Made by a program: the position numbers and the translations under genes. Under the pieces are notes generated by a model. It was not told the origin of the DNA. It worked only from the letters and a program-made list of their open reading frames with translations, and did not search any database. Shown here piece by piece: positions 55,816 through 64,000 of a stretch of DNA of 64,000 nt (the stretch's first letter is position 1; every line of letters begins with the position of its first letter). Origin of the DNA: the human T2T-CHM13v2.0 reference genome, Homo sapiens; assembly GCF_009914755.1 (NCBI RefSeq), contig NC_060942.1; one strand, written 5' to 3'.

Positions 55816-58786
55816 TTAAAACAATTCTTTTCTTGATCCTTCTTCTGAAAATACTTTCCCCTGCAAACTAGTGTCCAAGGCTGGCACCTACACTAGGTGA
55901 CTCCCAGGCCCTCACTGCATTCTAAACCATTTCCCCAAAATGTCTGGGTAGATGACAAGGCAAATAACTCTAGACACCTGTTAAAGAAAAGACACAGCAT
56001 AGCCCTGTGGTGGGGCAGGGTCCTTGCTTGGACTGGGTTTTGCTGAGGGATTTAAGTCCGTGACTCCTCGATGCTGGGCCGGCCCGGGGCGGTGGCCTCA
56101 GAAGGGCCTGCAGAGCTGTCCTGCACCCACGAGATTCTTGCTTCCTGGTCTACACTCTCACAGGTGACTCTCAGCACAGTTAGGACTCGGAACTACTCAT
56201 TAGGGTAATCCCAGAAAAACATGTCACAAAACTAACAATTTTCTTTGGAAAATAAGGCACATTATAGAATCTAAACTTAACCAGGATCACCAAGGGAGGA
56301 TTGCTATTTTAATTCGGGGAGAGTGCAGGTCTTATATTTGCCAATTTCTAGACTGAGGTCAAGAGACAGGTAATGGAACCATCCCTGTGGAGGGATTATC
56401 CCCGGGCCATCCTCCCGAGAGCTGCACCCCCCTGCCCCGGCCTCTCCAGGGAGGGCTGACTGCAGACCCACGTGCCCGCCATGGGCCTCCTTATCTCCCA
56501 GCCCCAGCAGCTGAAGGACAGTCACCTGCTCTAACAGTGGAAGATGCATTTTCATGGCTAATCCCAAACCAACCCTCAAACCCTCTCATCTGTCTTGTGA
56601 TGTGTCTCAACATCTTACATGTTCAGGAGATGCGCTCATGCTGTGTGAGTCACTTTCCAGGTCATAAAGCAACACAGCCACATGGCAAACGGCATCTTCC
56701 GAGGGGCTGAAAGCTGCTTTTTGTCTACCTTCCTACCTCCACTTTCAACCGCCACGTTCCCTCCCTGTCATTCTACCACCCGCTCTCCCAGGTTTCTTGC
56801 TGTCTGATTACCCAATTCCCAGGAATGAAGGAAGTTTTTAATATTCTGAAGCTGCTCTTCAGCCCTTCCCGTAAGTCCTCCTGTGACAACTTCTGGAGAA
56901 GGGAGTAGAAAGAAGGTTCATGTCAAAAACTGCTCATCAGCTCCAGCTCCAGCAGAAGATCCCATAAAGTTGTTTACTGCTCTCACTATCTTTGCGTTCA
57001 GCCAGAATCAGGAAATTCGAAGCCGTCTTCCCATGAGGATATGGCTGGAGCCTGGAGAACTCATTTCTCTGGAAGTTGTCACATGAGGACTTGAGCTGTG
57101 GACTGAAGAGCAACTCCAGAGTTGGAGAGAGCAGATCCGCAGAGTGGGGGCACATTCCTGACAGGTGAGTTCCATCCCGTGCCCTGTGCTGGGGCTCTGC
57201 TCCTCTCTCCTGTCTTGGCTGGCAGGGGCTGCCCCTGGGGTCGGGTGGACTCCACCAATGAGGATGCCCCAATCCTGTGCTCTGGTCCCTGCCTGTGACC
57301 CAGTGGAGCTGGGAGCCCCAGGCGGGCTCAGCACTGGGACTCCAGGAGCCTGGCTGTGCCCTGGGCACTCCTGCCCAGCACCCTCCCAAGACTGTGGCTC
57401 CATGAGCCCAGGGATGAGTCAGGCGCTCAGCCATCACTGAGCCCAGCAGGAGAGGAGACTTGAAAGCAGGAGTGTCCCACAGGAGGGCACATCATCCCCA
57501 GCCCTGACAAACGACCAACCCTTTGAGTCCCCAGCCTCAAGGCTGCAGAGTTGGCAGAAAGAAGGAGACGGTTCCAACGTGCTCAGAGTGGCTGGTAAAG
57601 GGTCTTTCGGACCAGGGGTAGCAGGCCTAGGACTATTTCTCTGAGAAGAGGACATCACCCAAGAGCAGCCACCTGGTACACTAAGGTTGGAGGGACGCTG
57701 AGCTCTTAACCCTGATGGGCAGATGGCAGTGCCCAGGCAGGCAGTGGCACCTGGCGGGCACTGGGCAGTACCACCCATGGCCACGGCCACTGTGGGGGAG
57801 CAGGGCTTAGGGCAAAGCTCAAACATGTAGGTTTGGAGATAAATAGAACAAGTCAGTTTCTCACCAGGACATACAATGTTTAGGGAGAATTATGGAATCT
57901 CTCAAAGGTAAATTCTCTCACTTTGCATTTCCTTACTGGGTAATGAGATTGCGCATATTTTCATGTGCTAATTGGCTATCTGTATCTCTTCAGAGGTAAG
58001 CAGGAAGAAGAATAATAAATATTATAATAGCACACACACAGTTTATTTGCTTGCTGATATTTCAGTTCTGCAATATTATTCTTATTCCTATAAATAATAA
58101 ATATTATTCCTATTCCTTCATTTAGGAATATTAAAAACTTCCTTGATTTCTTTATCTCTCAAAGGTAAATTCTCTCTCTCGCTTTCTCTAGTTCTCTTTT
58201 TAAGAAGCAAATATTCCTTCCACACTCAGAATAAATTCAGGTTCTGTGTGGGTTGGTTGTATATACAATTTAGTTTAAATTCATATGTCACTGTTCTTCA
58301 ATTAAATCTCAGAATAGGGGAGGAGAAGCACCTTACAGCAACCGGTACTGCAACTCTCTCCGGGATTGAACGGTTCTTCACCAACTAGAGTGCAAGAAGC
58401 GAGAATCAAGTCTACTAGTATTTTATGTGGATGGAAAAAAACGCATGTTTTTTAAACCTAAATCTGGTGATAAACTGTATTTGAAATCCTTTAAGAACTG
58501 AAGTATCAGCCCAGGAATAAACTGTGTGTGTGCTGTCATAAAAATAGTTCTTATAACCTTGCAAACTTATTGGTCAGCATTTTTTGTTTCTTTAAAAAAA
58601 AATCATAGTTTTATTCTTGCTCTAGACTGGATTTCCATAAGTAATAAAAGATGCTAGTAAAACACGGAAAGCTTTTAGGAGCAGAGGACAGAATATGAAG
58701 GAAAATGAAAATAAGAATTGCACAAACAGGCTCATTTCAAAGGCATCCCCTTTCTCTGCAGAATCAGAACAGGATGCGGACGGTAA

Positions 58787-59476
<690 letters not shown>

Positions 59477-59599
59477 TGAAAGTATAGTCTTAAAACTCAA
59501 CTTTTAAAACAATAATTTGAAAGAAGGGACAACACTCAGGAGTAGAGACTGACTGGAGGTGGGAAGTTACCTCAGTCCTTAAAACAAGTGCCTCCTGGG

Positions 59600-61030
<1,431 letters not shown>

Positions 61031-61094
61031 TGCGCACCCAATAGCCAGGACCCAGTGAGATGCTGACTGGGCATGCGGCTCAGGGAAGAACCAT

Positions 61095-61305
61095 GAAGGA
61101 CGAAGAATCCTTCCTCCCTGCAGCAGCTGGACCAGGTGGTCTAGGGGACGCCATGTGGCTCAGAAGGATGAGGAATCCTTCCTCCCTGCAGCAGCAGCTG
61201 GACCAGGTGGTCTGGGGGACGCCATGTGGCTCAGAAGGATGAAGAATCCTTCCTCCCTGCAGCAGCTGGCTGTCATAGGTGGTCTAGGGAATGCCATGTG
61301 GTTCA
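61095..61305. repeat. 68-71-bp tandem repeat x3
   Basis: gaagga(c/t)ga(a/g)gaatccttcctccctgcagcagc... starting at 61095, 61163 and 61234. Confidence 0.9.
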
Positions 61306-61414
61306 GTGCCAGGATCCCAGACTGGTTTTGAAATGTGGGGAATTAACATTTAAGGAGACTAACTATTCTCTTTAACTAATTGCTAGTCTGGCTATTCTGC
61401 TTCGGGATAGAGTA

Positions 61415-61716
<302 letters not shown>

Positions 61717-61924
61717 TGAATGGGTTTATGAGTAAAGGTTCAGTAAATACTTCCTGATCAACCCTGAGGACCCAGAGGAAAATTACAACGACGTCCAGGA
61801 CCCTTTTCTTTGACCTTTTCTTTCGACAAAGTTTTGACAAATTTTGATAGTATCAGAGGAAAACACAGGAAGCACTTTTGATAACATGAGTATATCAGAA
61901 TTCAGGATTTGTTTTTAAAGAAAC

Positions 61925-62460
61925 TACACAGGAGAAATAAAAACGTGTCCACATAAAAAGTTGCACTTGAGTTTTTGTTTATAGCAGTGTTATTCATGAT
62001 AGCCAAAAAAGTATAAACACAAACATCTACCAACAGATGAATGGGTTAACAAAATGTGGTATATCTATACAATGGAATATTACTTAGCTATATTTTAATA
62101 TAATAGATAAAAAAGAATAAAGCACTGATATATGCTGTAACATGGATGAATCCTGAAAACATCATGTTACATGAAAGAATCTGGACACTAAAGATCATGG
62201 AAATCATTCCACTCAGACGTAATATCTGAAAGAGCGAACCCTACAGACAAGAAGTGAGCCGGTGATTGCTGAGGGCTGTAGGAGGGATGGGAGGGATTGC
62301 TAGAAGGTACAGGTTTCTTTTGGAGGTGAAGTCAATGTTGTAAAATGGACTGTTGGGATAGTTGCACGTATCCAGTAAACAAGACTGCATTGTACACCTT
62401 AAGTGGGTGAATTGTATGTCATTTGAATTACATCTCAATAAAGCTGTTTTTTTTTTTTAA
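61925..62460 (+). mobile_element. Old LINE-1 3' end (L1MB-like)
   Basis: aacaaaatgtggtatatctatacaatggaatatt...catggatgaa...tgaattacatctcaataaagctgtt. Confidence 0.85.
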
Positions 62461-62678
62461 AAAACCCATAAACGCTCAGTTTATGGGTAGTTAAAAATGA
62501 AACATTGTAGCATTATTGAAAGGGCATTTGGAACCACATGTTGGAGGGAACTCAGGAAGCCATTTTCCCACAGACAACATTACTTAGATTAGTAAATGGC
62601 CCTTTCAGTTTAAAGCCACACTCTTTGTGAGATCATTTTGTAGTGTAATTAAGATGGCAGTGTGTAAATAATGAGTAC

Positions 62679-62868
62679 TGTGAAGCTTGTCAGAATCAAA
62701 ATGGAGTCACTTAGGTTAAAATGCTGAAAAATGAAGCCAGGGAAGGCCACGAAGGGAGGATTTTCATGCATAAATAAATGCCTGATGACAAGAGCTGCTA
62801 CAAAAGACTGCGAAAACCACAACCCTGCAAAAAGACCATCACAACACCGCCCCCCCCGCCACACCACA

Positions 62869-62908
<40 letters not shown>

Positions 62909-63162
62909 CCGTGAGGACAGTTGCCCAGCAACTGCCTGTCCGGCCTCCAGCTGGCACCGCCCTTGCTATTGATCCTTGTAGCCAAGGATCATTATGTCAG
63001 AACAATGTATAATCCTCCTTATTTTTCCTTAAAAAAGCTTTGTCTTCTCTCACCTCCCGGAATGCACACATAGCTTACCATGGCACATGTATTCCCATTG
63101 CAATGCAATTCCTAGATAAACATGGTTTTTTAGAGTCTTTCTGTTTGTTATCTAGGTTGACA
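62679..63162 (+). mobile_element. ERV solo LTR (ERV1-class; subfamily uncertain) with an internal (CA)n
   Basis: TG...CA termini (tgtgaagc...aggttgaca), 4-bp flanks gtac/atac, caaaatggagtcac near the 5' end; (CA)n at ~62865-62905. Confidence 0.7.
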
Positions 63163-64000
63163 ATACAAAGAAATGTGCTCAGAATATTATTTAAACACTG
63201 TCTTCTAGAAATTACAGCCAAGCAAACATTAACCAGTGTCACCATCAGACTGTTTATCAAGGTCTGTTATGTAACTGGACATACTTCTATTTTAGGAACA
63301 CAAAATACTCTGCCATTTATTCCTGGAAGCCACCGCTCCATCAGCTGGTTAAGTAAAATAAGAAGGATGATCACATTAAGAAGGGGGAGGGGGGAGAGAG
63401 AGAGAGAGATTGATTCAGTGTGGCTCTTTTACTACAAGAGTTTGATAGTTGAGTGAATTTCAAGTTTGAATAAAATGCACTTAAAGCTAATTCATGTAAG
63501 GTTAAGGGCCGTTATTCAGTTCAAAAGAATATTGCACATTATTAAAAACAGAGGAATGCAATGGAATACTCCAATCTTCTTAATTTGATGGTGAATACCC
63601 TTCCTTTAGTTTCATATAATTAAAAAAAAAACAGTCCTACTTAATTCCCCAGAACATATTCCCCTGTGCCTACATGTGTTTCTGTATTGAACTGTGTCCT
63701 ATAATGCAGATGTGGTAGAAGGGCAATAGGTCAAATATACAAAGAAAGATCTTTGCTCAAAAGACAGTAACAGAGAAAAAGGATGTACCCTTCTCTGAAT
63801 GTGTAGCTTGGCCCTGCCAATCTTCTTATCTCTTTAGTTTCTCTCCCACTGTGGAATAGGCAGAATGATATTTTCTATCTCACAGGGTCACTGTGAACAT
63901 TAAATGATCTCATGGCCCTTTTAGGGCTCATGTAAGGCTCATGACAGTATCTGGTGCTCAGCTAGCGCGGAGCCAATGCCACATGTCACCATTATGTTTT

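Overview
This is hominid (most likely human) genomic DNA from the Golli-MBP transcription unit (MBP; chr18q23 in human), with the gene on the minus strand. The only clear host coding sequence is one 88-nt exon at 44733-44820 (-), with a canonical ttccag acceptor and gtagg donor, encoding NSETNRGESEKKRNLGELSRTTSEDNEVF-G. I recognise this from memory as Golli-MBP exon 3. Bases 1-44732 are therefore the long intron running toward the classic MBP promoter (outside the window, left), and 44821-64000 are the preceding intron. Two blocks resemble the published glial enhancer modules M3 (~1.1-1.4 kb) and M4/Schwann cell enhancer (~10.5-10.8 kb); both calls rest on recalled sequence and need alignment. 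The rest is repeat-rich intron: 17 Alu copies or fragments, a complete SVA with TSD, a 5'-truncated L1PA with TSD, older L1M/L2/MIR, MaLR and ERV LTRs, hAT DNA transposons, a 1.3-kb 34/35-bp VNTR and several smaller minisatellites. Apart from L1 ORF2 remnants, the ORF track appears to be noise. I found no convincing new multi-gene system. The most unusual observations are a ~278-bp local inverted templated insertion flanked by a 20-bp direct duplication, a similar older structure near 58 kb, a candidate alternative terminal Golli exon, a sense-oriented SVA between the putative enhancers, and minisatellites that multiply transcription-factor motifs. Repeat subfamily names and old-repeat boundaries were assigned by eye and are approximate.
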